A DNA stretch of 64,000 bases from an uncultured Verrucomicrobiae bacterium (GTDB lineage Bacteria; Verrucomicrobiota; Verrucomicrobiia; Opitutales; JABDGR01), in contig CAVXVB010000007.1 of NCBI GenBank assembly GCA_963765205.1, positions 224,001 to 288,000 of the forward strand. Reading direction: 5' to 3'. Positions 54,030 through 63,516 of the stretch are shown piece after piece. Below the pieces are notes generated by a model. It ran no database searches, was not told the DNA's origin, and saw nothing but the letters and a program-made list of their open reading frames with translations. Within the stretch, counting starts at the first letter, position 1; each line of letters starts with the position of its first letter. The position numbers were made by a program, and so were the translations under genes.

Positions 54030-54661
54030 TGAAAGCCATTCGAATTCTGCTGGCCGAAGACCAGACGCTGATGCGGCAGGGGCTGAAGACCATCCTGGAT
54101 CTTGAGCCGGGTTTCCGCGTGGCCGGCGAAGCGGAAGACGGCCCTGCCGCCGTCAAACTCGCCCTGCAACTGCGACCGGACATCATCCTCATGGATGTGC
54201 AGATGCCGCAGATGAACGGCGTACAGGCCACCGCCGCGATTCGCAAGGTGTGGCCCGAGGCCAAAATCATCATCCTGACTACTTTCGACCGCGATGATTA
54301 TGTCTTTCAAGGCGTGCGCGCCGGAGCCATGGGTTATTTGTTGAAAGACCAGCCGGCGGCAAAATTAATTGAAACCATTCGCCGCGTGCTGGCCGGCGAG
54401 ACCTTTATCCAGCCTGAGATCGCCTCGCGCGCGTTGCGCTCGGCCCTGCACTCGCCCGGCGAATTTGCGGAGCCGCTCTCGGAGCGCGAGCGCGAGATTC
54501 TGGTGCTGCTGGCCCAGGGCGTGCCCAACAAGGAAATCGCGGACAAGCTGCACATCGCCGAAGGCACAGTTAAAAACCATGTCTCGAACATTCTCGGCAA
54601 ACTTCAAGTGCAGAACCGCACCCAAGCCGCCGACCTCGCGCGCCGGCGGGGCTTGGTTTAA
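54029..54661 (+). CDS. NarL/LuxR-family response regulator
   Basis: ILLAED, LMDVQMP, LSEREREIL...NKEIA...TVKNHVSNI. Confidence 0.95.
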   Translation: MKAIRILLAEDQTLMRQGLKTILDLEPGFRVAGEAEDGPAAVKLALQLRPDIILMDVQMPQMNGVQATAAIRKVWPEAKIIILTTFDRDDYVFQGVRAGAMGYLLKDQPAAKLIETIRRVLAGETFIQPEIASRALRSALHSPGEFAEPLSEREREILVLLAQGVPNKEIADKLHIAEGTVKNHVSNILGKLQVQNRTQAADLARRRGLV

Positions 54662-54695
54662 TAAATCAGCGATCGAGGTGGGCCACGACCATTAT

Positions 54696-55694
54696 TCACG
54701 GCGCGGGTTTGAGCGCGGCGAGTTTTTCGGGGCCAAGGATTTCCTCGCTGCGTTTTTCAGCGGCGGCGCGGCGGGCCGGGTCAAGGCGCTGTTCGAAATT
54801 GGTGAGTGCGGCCAGATCCCAGACGGTGCCTTGCGCCTGCGCGGCATACATCATGGCCAGGCCCTCGACCTCGTTTTTCGGCACGCCGTCGCCGTTGGCG
54901 GTCAGGGTGCCGAAAAAACTCAGGGCCAGCGGTGCGCCGCGGTTGGCGCCCAATTTGAGCCATCGGATTGCGGCGGCGAGGTCTTTCGCGCCATCGTCCC
55001 GTTGGGCAAAGAGGATGCCGAGGGTAGCGTCCGCCGCGCCGCTGCCCTGCGCGTCGGCGAGCCGGAGCCACTGGACGGCTTCGTCAATGTTTTGCTTGAG
55101 GCCGCCCAAGCCGGCGAGGTTGTAGCGCCCGAGCAAAACCTCCGCCTCCGGCACGCCAAGATTGGCCAGCTTGCGAAACCATTGCATCACCACCGCAGGC
55201 GTCGTCGAAGGCATCGAGTTTTTTTGTTCACGCAAAATTTCCGTGGCGATGGCGTTGCCCTTCGCGGCGGCGAGTTCATAGCCGTGCGGATTCGGGCCGG
55301 GCGGCAGTTTGGACGTGCCGTTGATATTGGGCGTGTCATATTGCACCCAGCCGAGACTCAGCATGGCCTCCTCATTGCCCTGACCGGCGGCTTGCTCGAA
55401 AAGTTGCGTGGCCTGGGCCGTGTCCGGCGGCGCGCCGACACCGAGGTAAGTGGCCCAGCCCAGCGCGTATTCCGCCTGGGCATCATTGACGGCGGCTTTC
55501 TTTTTCATCCACGCGACGGCGGCCACAGGGTCTGCGGGAAAGCCCGGTTCGTTGGGATAAAGCACCGCGAGGTTGATGGGCGGCGCGCTAGCGCTGGGCG
55601 CGGCGGCGGCGGGGTCGTTCGCCACCGCACAGCCGGAAAAAAGCGCTGCCGTCAGCAGGCCTGCACTCAGGAGGAACGTAAAAATCAATTTCAT
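54696..55694 (-). CDS. Sel1-like repeat lipoprotein
   Basis: Lipobox FSGC; AEYALGWATYLGVG, AVQWLRLADAQG repeats. Confidence 0.85.
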   Translation of the reverse strand: MKLIFTFLLSAGLLTAALFSGCAVANDPAAAAPSASAPPINLAVLYPNEPGFPADPVAAVAWMKKKAAVNDAQAEYALGWATYLGVGAPPDTAQATQLFEQAAGQGNEEAMLSLGWVQYDTPNINGTSKLPPGPNPHGYELAAAKGNAIATEILREQKNSMPSTTPAVVMQWFRKLANLGVPEAEVLLGRYNLAGLGGLKQNIDEAVQWLRLADAQGSGAADATLGILFAQRDDGAKDLAAAIRWLKLGANRGAPLALSFFGTLTANGDGVPKNEVEGLAMMYAAQAQGTVWDLAALTNFEQRLDPARRAAAEKRSEEILGPEKLAALKPAP

Positions 55695-55920
55695 GTAAAG
55701 TGCGGAATGTATCCCCATCCCATTTTGATTCAAGCGCGGACGCTGGCAAGCGCGGTTATCGTGGGGCCACGCCTTTCCGTAGTGCGGCGCTTCAGCCCGC
55801 GCATTAAACTTCACAAATGTTCCCGAGCGCGGGCTAAAGCACCGCGCTATGGAATGAAAAATTGACCCACGGATGGAATTTGCCATCGATTTATTTTCCG
55901 GCTACCGTTAAACACCTCCG

Positions 55921-56835
55921 ATGCCGTTTGTCATTGAAGCGCGCGCGGTGCGCAAAAATTTTGGCGAGACCGAGGCTTTGCGCGGGGTCAGCCTCGCCGT
56001 GCGGCCGGGTGAATGCGTCGGGCTGCTGGGGCCGAACGGCGCAGGGAAGTCCACTTTCATCGGCATTCTCTACGGCGCAGTGCGGCGGACGGGCGGCGAC
56101 CTCGCGGTCTTCGGGCTGGACCCCGCCATGCGGGCGCGCGACATCAAGCGCCGGCTGGGCGTTGTGCCGCAGGAGAACGCGCTCGACGAGGGTTTGACCG
56201 TTGAGGAAAACATGCTGCTCTTCGCGCGGTTCGTGGGCCTGGCGCGCAAGCGGCGCGCCACGCGCGTGACCGAGCTGCTGCGCCACTTGAACCTTGACCA
56301 TAAAAAGGACGCGACCATTCACGAACTGTCGGGCGGCATGAAGCGGCGGCTCGCGTTTGTGCGCGCGCTGCTGGCCGACCCGGAAATGCTCATCCTCGAC
56401 GAGCCAACGACGGGCCTCGACCCGGCCGTGCGGCATCTGCTATGGGAAAAGGTGGCCGACTTCCGCCGCGCGGGGAAAACCATTCTGGTGAGCACCCATT
56501 ACATGCACGAGGCCGAGGCGCTGTGCGACCAAGTCGTCGTGCTTAACCACGGCGTGGTCGCCGCCGCCGGCTCACCGCGCGAGTTGATCCGCGCGCACAC
56601 GCCGGGCTTCGTCGCGATTTTTGCCGTGTCGCCGGAATTGTCCGCGAAGCTGGCCGGGGCGGCCCATTGCGTCGTGGACAACCGCGGGGACGTGCTGTTG
56701 GCGCGCGCGCCGACGCTTGACGACTTGCTGCGGTTGCAACGCGAGATCGGCGTCGAGGCGCAGCAACTGCGTCCGACGAACCTCGAAGATGTTTTCCTCA
56801 AAATCACCGGGGAGGGGTTGGACCAAGATGCGTGA
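55921..56835 (+). CDS. ABC transporter ATP-binding protein (NodI-like)
   Basis: GPNGAGKS, LSGGMKRRL, LDEPTTGLDP. Confidence 0.93.
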   Translation: MPFVIEARAVRKNFGETEALRGVSLAVRPGECVGLLGPNGAGKSTFIGILYGAVRRTGGDLAVFGLDPAMRARDIKRRLGVVPQENALDEGLTVEENMLLFARFVGLARKRRATRVTELLRHLNLDHKKDATIHELSGGMKRRLAFVRALLADPEMLILDEPTTGLDPAVRHLLWEKVADFRRAGKTILVSTHYMHEAEALCDQVVVLNHGVVAAAGSPRELIRAHTPGFVAIFAVSPELSAKLAGAAHCVVDNRGDVLLARAPTLDDLLRLQREIGVEAQQLRPTNLEDVFLKITGEGLDQDA

Positions 56836-57598
56836 ATCACTCCAGCTATCCTGGCACCTGGTGGTGCGCAACTGGCGGGTCTATTCAAAGGACTTCCTCG
56901 CCAACATTTCGCCGACCGCGGTGGACCCCGCGCTGCTACTGCTCGCGCTCGGCATGGGCCTGAGTCCGTATATGAAGCAGGTCGAGGGGCACTCTTATGT
57001 GGTGTTTCTCGCGCCGGGGCTGGCCTGCACCACCGCGATGTTCACGGCGTTTTTCGAGGCGAGCTACGGCTTCTACGTGCAGATGACCTTCGAGGCGATT
57101 TTCAAGGCGATGCTGACAACGCCCATCGGCGTGGACGAGATTGTGCTGGGCGAGCTGTGGTGGGTGGCAATCAAGGGCGCGCTGATGGCCACGGGCGTGA
57201 GCCTGGTGCTGGCGTGCTTCGGGCTGTTCGCCTTTTTGCCGTGGATTTTGGCGATGCCCCTGATTGGCGCGGCCGTCGGGCTGGCGTGCGGGAGCATCGG
57301 CCTGATTGCGAGCACCCTGGTGCGCAACATTGACCAATTCCAACTCGCGTATGCGTTCGTGGTGTCGCCGCTGTATTTTTTTTCCGGCGTGTTTTTTCCC
57401 GTTGGCGGCGCGCCGGGCTGGTTTCGCGTGGTGGTAAACATTTCGCCGCTGTATCAGGGCGCGCGGCTGGCACAAATGGCGTTCTGGAATGATTTCCACC
57501 CCGGCGAGGCCGCCCTGCGCGCCGCGGTGCTCATCATCTACGCGGCGGGCCTGAGCGCCATCGCCCTGCGGAGGGTGCGGCGAAAGCTTATTCTCTGA
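56828..57598 (+). CDS. ABC-2 permease (NodJ-like)
   Basis: FLAPGL, AMLTTPI, PLYFFSGVFFP. Confidence 0.9.
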   Translation: MRESLQLSWHLVVRNWRVYSKDFLANISPTAVDPALLLLALGMGLSPYMKQVEGHSYVVFLAPGLACTTAMFTAFFEASYGFYVQMTFEAIFKAMLTTPIGVDEIVLGELWWVAIKGALMATGVSLVLACFGLFAFLPWILAMPLIGAAVGLACGSIGLIASTLVRNIDQFQLAYAFVVSPLYFFSGVFFPVGGAPGWFRVVVNISPLYQGARLAQMAFWNDFHPGEAALRAAVLIIYAAGLSAIALRRVRRKLIL

Positions 57599-57747
57599 GT
57601 CCGCGGCCAAAATTTGGTTTTAACGTCCAAGGCAATTCACCGCGAAGGCGCAAAGAGCGCAAAGAATAAATTCTGTAAATTCTGTTAATTCTGTCAAAAA
57701 TCTGCCCTTGGCGCTCTTTGCGCCTTGGCGGTGAAAATACTTTCAGC

Positions 57748-57996
57748 CTACCCCTTCTTCCGCCCCAATTGCCAGATGGCAAAGAGCGCGGACAGCGTGG
57801 CGATAAAAAAGATGGTGTCGAGAAATTCACGCGACAAGCCCCAGCCGTTGCTTTTGGCCAGGTCGTAAAACATATAAAGGCCAAACGCGACCGCCCAGGC
57901 CACGCCGATGTAGCGTTTGCGCTCAAACACCAGCTTCAGCGCCAGCACAAAGATGACGAATTCGAGGCCGGCGGAAACGAAGTGCAGCAGGGACAT
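57748..57996 (-). CDS. Small membrane protein
   Basis: 82 aa with three hydrophobic segments. Confidence 0.6.
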   Translation of the reverse strand: MSLLHFVSAGLEFVIFVLALKLVFERKRYIGVAWAVAFGLYMFYDLAKSNGWGLSREFLDTIFFIATLSALFAIWQLGRKKG

Positions 57997-58022
57997 GGCG
58001 GGAATGTGTGGCGGTGCTTTAG

Positions 58023-58182
58023 CAGGCTGTTGAAATACCCTTTCAGAAAATTCTTGTCAAAGCACTACGAATAAAATCGTCGCACAAACCAGCCTACAGG
58101 CGACGATTTTGATTTCACCCTTATCCAGACATCCCCCAAAACCATGTCTATTTTCAGGCACAGGGAGTTTTTCAACAGCCTG
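58023..58182. mobile_element. Putative MITE (160 bp)
   Basis: Terminal IR CAGGCTGTTGAAA / TTTCAACAGCCTG, flanks TTAG and TTAA, internal IR 58073-58083/58100-58110, no ORF. Confidence 0.7.
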
Positions 58183-58233
58183 TTAAGCGTTAAAAGTTGA
58201 GCGTTTTGCGCGTCCAGCCAAACCGAAGATGCT

Positions 58234-59553
58234 CTATTCCTCGAATACGGACAAACGGCGTGTCTGAAAAATCTGCGCGGGGGCCGGGCGCTTGCGCGCG
58301 GGTGGAGGCCCGCCTCGCCAATCCGTCTCCTGCTCCAATTTCGCGTCGGGCACGCGGTTGAAGGCAATCCTCATGGGGGCGGAGGCGCGGCCCTCGTGTG
58401 CGGCGGCCCAATAAATCGCGCCGTTGCCGTGACGCTTGTTCAGTTCGTCCGCCGCGTGCAACAAGGCCGCGCGGCGCGCCGTTGCCGTGGCGAACAGCGA
58501 CGGCGTGTGGTCGTGCGCGTGCTCCAGCCTCGTCAACACCACCCCCACCCAAAAGGGCCGCGCGCCCGGCGGCAGCGCGGGCCGGCGCGCCCACAAATTG
58601 TCAAGCGCCTGGGCCAGTTCCACCGTGTCCTGCGTCGGGTCGAACCGCGCATCGGCGCGCCAATCCTCGCGCCCGAGATAGTCCACCGACAAAGCCAACT
58701 CGCCGGCGAAGTATTCGAGGGCGCGCAGCCGCATCGCCGCCTTTTGCAAGAGTCGGTGCAGCACGGCGCGCGCGCGCGGCTCGGTGCGCAACTCCGGCTC
58801 GAGCACATGCGAATGGCCGACGTGCATCTTGCGCGGCGGGTCGGACGGAAAATCCGCGCCGCGCAGCTTTGCCCAAATGCGCTCGCCCTCGACGCCGCCC
58901 CAAATCGCGCGCAGTTGCCGGTGGTCCGCCGCCGTCAACTGCGCGACGGTCGCGATGCCCGCGCGGCGCAGGCGCTCCTCCATGTGCCGGCCGATGCCAT
59001 ACAAGTCGCGCAACTCCAGCCCGTGGAGCGCGCCGGGCAAATCCGGCGTATCAATCACCACGAGGCCGTCGGGCTTTTGCAGGTCGCTGGCGGTTTTCGC
59101 CAAAAAGAGATTCGGCGCGAGGCCAATCGAGCAGCGCAACGCCGGGCCGATTTCGCGGCGGATCGCCTGTTTAATCTGCAAGGCCAGCGCGCGTGCCGCC
59201 GCCGGCTCGCACCAGCGGCCGGTCAACCGGCAGGAGACCTCGTCAATCGAATGCACGGTCTCGATGTGCATTTGCCGTTCGACGACCTTGAGCAAGTCCT
59301 CGTGCAGCCGCACATATTCCCGGGGCCGCGCGACGACGAATAAAATGTCCGGGCACAGCCGCCGCGCGTCGCGCACGAGGGCGCCGGTTTTCACGCCCCG
59401 CGCCTTGGCCTCGTAGGAGGCCGCGATGCAGCAGCCGGTTTCGGCGGCGACGGCGACGATGCCCAGCGGCCGCCCGCGCAACTCCGGGCGCAGGTGCTGC
59501 TCGCACGACGCAAAGTAAGCGTTGAAGTCGAGAAACAGGTGGTTGATGGGCAT
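58234..59553 (-). CDS. Y-family DNA polymerase (DinB/UmuC-like)
   Basis: LFLDFNAYFASCEQ, IAASYEAK, SIDE, AKTASDLQKPDG. Confidence 0.92.
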   Translation of the reverse strand: MPINHLFLDFNAYFASCEQHLRPELRGRPLGIVAVAAETGCCIAASYEAKARGVKTGALVRDARRLCPDILFVVARPREYVRLHEDLLKVVERQMHIETVHSIDEVSCRLTGRWCEPAAARALALQIKQAIRREIGPALRCSIGLAPNLFLAKTASDLQKPDGLVVIDTPDLPGALHGLELRDLYGIGRHMEERLRRAGIATVAQLTAADHRQLRAIWGGVEGERIWAKLRGADFPSDPPRKMHVGHSHVLEPELRTEPRARAVLHRLLQKAAMRLRALEYFAGELALSVDYLGREDWRADARFDPTQDTVELAQALDNLWARRPALPPGARPFWVGVVLTRLEHAHDHTPSLFATATARRAALLHAADELNKRHGNGAIYWAAAHEGRASAPMRIAFNRVPDAKLEQETDWRGGPPPARKRPAPAQIFQTRRLSVFEE

Positions 59554-59819
59554 GAGGGTAGGTGAACGGATGAATACTTGTTTGTCAAGAGGCGGGGGTG
59601 GCCGAGGGACAAAAGGACAAAGGAACAAAGGGCGAAGGCATTGAGGCACCAAGATGCTGAGGCATTGAGGCGCTAAAAAATTCGATACAGAGCTGTCCGC
59701 CCATCGCTTGCCGCCTCAGTGCCTTTGTCCCTCTGCCCCTTTCTTTCCTCATCCACCCTTGTCTTCCGCCCAAAACTCGCGTAGCTTCGTCCTCCTTCAA
59801 CCAACGTTCACCCACCACC

Positions 59820-60185
59820 ATGCACATTCGCGCCTACCTGAAACCCTCCTGCGGCTGGAGCCGCGGCGTCCGCGCCGTCTTCAAAAAATACGGCCTCGAA
59901 TTCGAGGACATTGACATCATCAACAGCCGCGAGAATTACGCGGAGATGGTGCAAAAATCCGGCCAGCCCCTCTCGCCCTGCGTCCAAATTGACGACGTGA
60001 TGCTGGCCGATATCTCCGGCGAGGAGGTCGAACATTACATGCTCGAGCACGGCCTCGTGCAGCCGACGGTCGTCGCCGCCGACGCGCCGACGAATTCCTC
60101 CTGCACGGACGCCGAACACGCCGCCCAGGCCGCCGCCGCCCAACCGACGGCCGTAGCCGCGTCGAAGAGCATCCGGTTTTTTTAA
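59820..60185 (+). CDS. Glutaredoxin-like protein
   Basis: YLKPSCGWS, KSGQPLSPCVQID. Confidence 0.8.
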   Translation: MHIRAYLKPSCGWSRGVRAVFKKYGLEFEDIDIINSRENYAEMVQKSGQPLSPCVQIDDVMLADISGEEVEHYMLEHGLVQPTVVAADAPTNSSCTDAEHAAQAAAAQPTAVAASKSIRFF

Positions 60186-60266
60186 GGAGCGCGGAATGCG
60201 GAGTTCGGAGTTCGGAGCGTAGAGCAGGGAGCGAGGAGAAAGAAACGCCGGAACACAAAATTTGCC

Positions 60267-60827
60267 ATGCAGGAAATTGACGCCATTATCGCGGTTTCCG
60301 ATGTGGCGAGTTTTTCTCAATTCACACCGAGCATCACGCCTGTTCAGTTAGTTGAAGCGCTAAACGGATACTTGAAATTGACTTGTGGCCTTGTCGCTGA
60401 ATCGGGCGGCGAAGTTGTGTCCTACATCGGCGATAGTGCAATTTCTCTTTGGACTGCCTCGGCAGATGCCAACCGCCAGGCGCAAATCGGGGCGGGCTTG
60501 GTAAAATTGCATAAATCTGCCTGTCAATTTACGATGCCCAACGGAATGCGCATCACCCAGCGCCTGGCGGTCACCTTTGGACGAATTGCGCGCACGGAAA
60601 ACGAATGCGGCGGCGAGCGTCAAGCGCTGCCGCTGTTTGGGCCGTGTGTTAATTTTGTCCGACGGCTAAACGCGTCTCATATCCATTTCAAAAAGAATTT
60701 TCTCGTCACGGATAATTTGCCGGTGATCTGGCCGCGCGAGGTGGCGCTGCATAAACTGGCCGACCTCACCATCAAAGGGACGGAAGGCACGTGCGCCATT
60801 TTCGCCGTGGAAGATGCTGCAACCTGA
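60267..60827 (+). CDS. Stand-alone class III adenylate/guanylate cyclase-like domain
   Basis: SDVASFS, GGEVVSYIGDS, FGPCVN...RL, IKG. Confidence 0.75.
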   Translation: MQEIDAIIAVSDVASFSQFTPSITPVQLVEALNGYLKLTCGLVAESGGEVVSYIGDSAISLWTASADANRQAQIGAGLVKLHKSACQFTMPNGMRITQRLAVTFGRIARTENECGGERQALPLFGPCVNFVRRLNASHIHFKKNFLVTDNLPVIWPREVALHKLADLTIKGTEGTCAIFAVEDAAT

Positions 60828-60921
60828 CATGAGGATGGGAGCTTGCGCTGCCAGCGGGGTGTCAGTATCGGCGAGTCCTTGAGTTTTGACTTTGATCGTG
60901 GTTGCGTAAACAATTTCGGGC

Positions 60922-61110
60922 ATGAAAATGGAATCTTTCCGTGCGGGCGTTTGGCGCCAGCAATATCAGTTCAAGAGCTTTTCCCCCACGCTGGTTAATC
61001 AGCCATGGACGTGGGAAGACCCGCGAATAAATATGCTGCTGGAAAAGGCCTCGCTGGCCTTGGCGCGGCTGGATTCCCACGCCACGCTGGTTCCGAATGT
61101 GGATGCTTAG
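60922..61110 (+). pseudogene. N-terminal fragment of a Fic-family protein
   Basis: QQYQFKSFSPTLVN..WTWEDPRINMLLEKASLALARLD..ATLVPNVD, then stop; no Fic motif follows. Confidence 0.7.
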
Positions 61111-61136
61111 TGCCAAAGTGCCGCATATAATGCCGC

Positions 61137-62036
61137 CTACAACACCGATTCCGCCGGCGGTGGCGGGGGCCGGGACGAGGATAGCAACCGCATCAGGAGG
61201 GTGAGCACAATAGCGGCCGCCAGACCGGCCAAAAGTCCCGCGACCAGGATAGGAAGAGTCTTGGGTGCGGTCTCGATCACCTGCCCGTCCGCAGGGTCCA
61301 CGATCTGATATTGCTCCGCAACGGCAAGACTGCTCGATTGTCGCAGCTCGATAAATGCCCTGACGAAATCATTGGCGACGATGACGGTGATTTTTGGGTC
61401 GGGATGCTCGACCCAGACATTTATGGTGTAAGCTTGGCGGCCAGGTGACACCATGCGCTGCGTCATCAGACGATCCACCAAGTTCGCCTCCGGATCGGAG
61501 GGATTGGTGCGGTAAAACGGGAATAAAAAGTCCTGGCGTTCCTGGGGGGTCATCTGGTCGGCCACCGTTTGGGCGACTTCACGTTCTGCCACCAAGCTGA
61601 TGTCGGTGTTTAATTCTTCCGGGCTAATTTGGTCGGCTGTTGGCGAGCTTTGCATGGCGGAGACCATGACCTTATTCACCCTCAAGGTGGCGGTGGCTTG
61701 GTATATTGGAGCAACTATTTTCATGATAAACGCATATCCGGCGAATGAGCCAAAAACCGCGATAAACGTCCACCAAAACACCCGGGAACGCCACACGCGC
61801 TGCGGCGTGCGCTTGGCAAATTCGCCGGCGACCGGCTTCGGCGGGCCGATGCGGTGGCGGGCGACGAGAAAGGCCTCTTCGTCACTGAGGTCTTTTTTTT
61901 TCAGTTCGGCGAAGCCGTCGCGCAGGTGCGCTTCGAGTTCGCGCAGGTCGGCGGACGCCGGGCCGGGATGCCGGGCCAACTCCGCGCGCCAGGCGGCGAC
62001 GGCCTGGTCTAAGTCGAAGCGGTTTGACGGTTCCAT
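61137..62036 (-). CDS. Permease-prefix-domain membrane protein with Wzz/GumC-like periplasmic part
   Basis: FDLDQAVAAWR...ELEAHLRD...EEAFLVARHRIG; PIYQATATLRV, HPDPKITVIVAN. Confidence 0.75.
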   Translation of the reverse strand: MEPSNRFDLDQAVAAWRAELARHPGPASADLRELEAHLRDGFAELKKKDLSDEEAFLVARHRIGPPKPVAGEFAKRTPQRVWRSRVFWWTFIAVFGSFAGYAFIMKIVAPIYQATATLRVNKVMVSAMQSSPTADQISPEELNTDISLVAEREVAQTVADQMTPQERQDFLFPFYRTNPSDPEANLVDRLMTQRMVSPGRQAYTINVWVEHPDPKITVIVANDFVRAFIELRQSSSLAVAEQYQIVDPADGQVIETAPKTLPILVAGLLAGLAAAIVLTLLMRLLSSSRPPPPPAESVL

Positions 62037-62078
62037 AATGAGGTGTGGGCGTGCAGCCCAGGACGAAATTGATCTGCT

Positions 62079-62870
62079 TCACGCTGCCGTCGCCGTTTTC
62101 CCCGCGGTCGTTGTTTGGCCCGGGGCCAGCCAGACCATCAGTGTGAACAGCAGGAGTGGCCAGACTAAACTGATAAAGAAACTGTTCCCCAATATGGGAA
62201 GGAATTTGAAACTCGTTCTCACAAAAAATTCATTCGAAAGATTCTGGGTGCCATGCCGGATGTAGGTATTAAGGAAATCCACGATGGTGCTATTGATGAA
62301 GTAAATCGCCATGGGCCATAAAAACATGCCCAGGCCCGTCATAGCAACCGAATGGCGAGTGACCAGCCGCTTGGCCAAAAATCGCGGCACGCCGCGCGCG
62401 AGCCAGAAAGCGGCCACCACCAGGGGAACCAGATACAAAAGCAGGCATTCAAAGGCCGGTATGTAATTGCCCAATAAATCCTGCTCCCAGTTGCCTGGTG
62501 AACCACTGTAATCAAAAGATAGTTCCGCAAACAAGGAAAGGATTACCCGCCAAATCATAAGAGAGGCCTCTTGCCAACGCAGGAGTGCGAAAACGCCAAA
62601 CACCAACCAGAATACCCGTGGCGCCCAGCTTCGTTTAGTCGCGATCTTGGTGAATTCATCGGCGACCGGCGCAGATGGGCCAATCCGGTGGCGCGCGACG
62701 AGAAAAGCCTCCTCGTCGCTGAGGTCTTTTTTCTTGAGCTCGGCGAAACCGTCGCGCAGGTGCGCTTCGAGTTCGCGCAGGTCGGCGGGCGCCGGGCCGG
62801 GATGCCGGGCCAGTTCCGCGCGCCAGGCGGCGACGGCCTGGTCTAAGTCGAAGCGGGGCGGGGGTTCCAT
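62079..62870 (-). CDS. Permease-prefix-domain multi-TM protein
   Basis: Same N-terminal domain followed by about 4 TM segments. Confidence 0.75.
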   Translation of the reverse strand: MEPPPRFDLDQAVAAWRAELARHPGPAPADLRELEAHLRDGFAELKKKDLSDEEAFLVARHRIGPSAPVADEFTKIATKRSWAPRVFWLVFGVFALLRWQEASLMIWRVILSLFAELSFDYSGSPGNWEQDLLGNYIPAFECLLLYLVPLVVAAFWLARGVPRFLAKRLVTRHSVAMTGLGMFLWPMAIYFINSTIVDFLNTYIRHGTQNLSNEFFVRTSFKFLPILGNSFFISLVWPLLLFTLMVWLAPGQTTTAGKTATAA

Positions 62871-63181
62871 AATTGGGTGAGGGTGTGGTGCGCGGCCAGC
62901 CATTGCGCCTTTTCCTGGTTGAGCGCGCGGTGGCCGGCGCGGGTGAGGCGGTAGTATTTGCGTTCGCGGCCGTTTTCGGCCTCGCGCCACTCGGCGGCGA
63001 TGAGTTCCTCCTCTTCGAGCCGGTGCAAAACGGGGTAGAGCATCCCGTCCGTCCACTGCACCTGCTCCTGCGACAGGGCGCGGGCGCGCTGGGCCAGCGC
63101 GTAGCCGTAGCTCTCGCCCTCGGCGAGGATGGACAGGAGCAGGGGCCGCGCGGAGGCGGCGATGAGTTCGCGGCTGAACAT
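62843..63181 (-). CDS. PadR-family transcriptional regulator
   Basis: LLSILAEGESYGY, DGMLYPVLHRLE, RERKYYRLT. Confidence 0.93.
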   Translation of the reverse strand: MFSRELIAASARPLLLSILAEGESYGYALAQRARALSQEQVQWTDGMLYPVLHRLEEEELIAAEWREAENGRERKYYRLTRAGHRALNQEKAQWLAAHHTLTQLWNPRPAST

Positions 63182-63276
63182 GCCGCCACTATACCTCGAT
63201 GGGCGAGGTATGTCAAGGGGTAAAGGGCAATTTTTTTCACTTGCCTTGCCTTACTCTTTTGCCTTACCTTTTCGCC

Positions 63277-63516
63277 ATGCAAGCGACCCTGACCAGCAAG
63301 GGGCAGATCACCCTGCCTGCCGCGTTGCGCCGCCGCCTCGGCCTGCAGAAGGGCGACGTGCTGGAATTCGACGAGACCGCGCCGTTTTTGAAAGCGACCC
63401 GGGCGTTTGACCGCCGGGCCATGCTCGCCGTGGTGGGGCGGGGCGCGCGCAAGCTCAAAGGCAAAAGCACCGCGCAATGGCTCGACGAATTGCGCGGGCC
63501 GGTTGCATTGCCATGA
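63277..63516 (+). CDS. AbrB/MazE-type antitoxin (VapB-like)
   Basis: ATLTSKGQITLPAALRRRLGL. Confidence 0.88.
   Translation: MQATLTSKGQITLPAALRRRLGLQKGDVLEFDETAPFLKATRAFDRRAMLAVVGRGARKLKGKSTAQWLDELRGPVALP

Noticed and set aside
55921..57598. Nodulation genes
   Set aside because: Generic NodI/J-like ABC-2 exporter; no nodABC nearby.
59554..59600. LexA box upstream of the Y-family polymerase
   Set aside because: GAAC-containing sequence is present but I see no convincing palindromic SOS motif.
61825..62870. Duplicated segment as a DGR TR/VR pair
   Set aside because: Both copies are N-terminal coding modules, differences are not evidently A-specific, and there is no RT.
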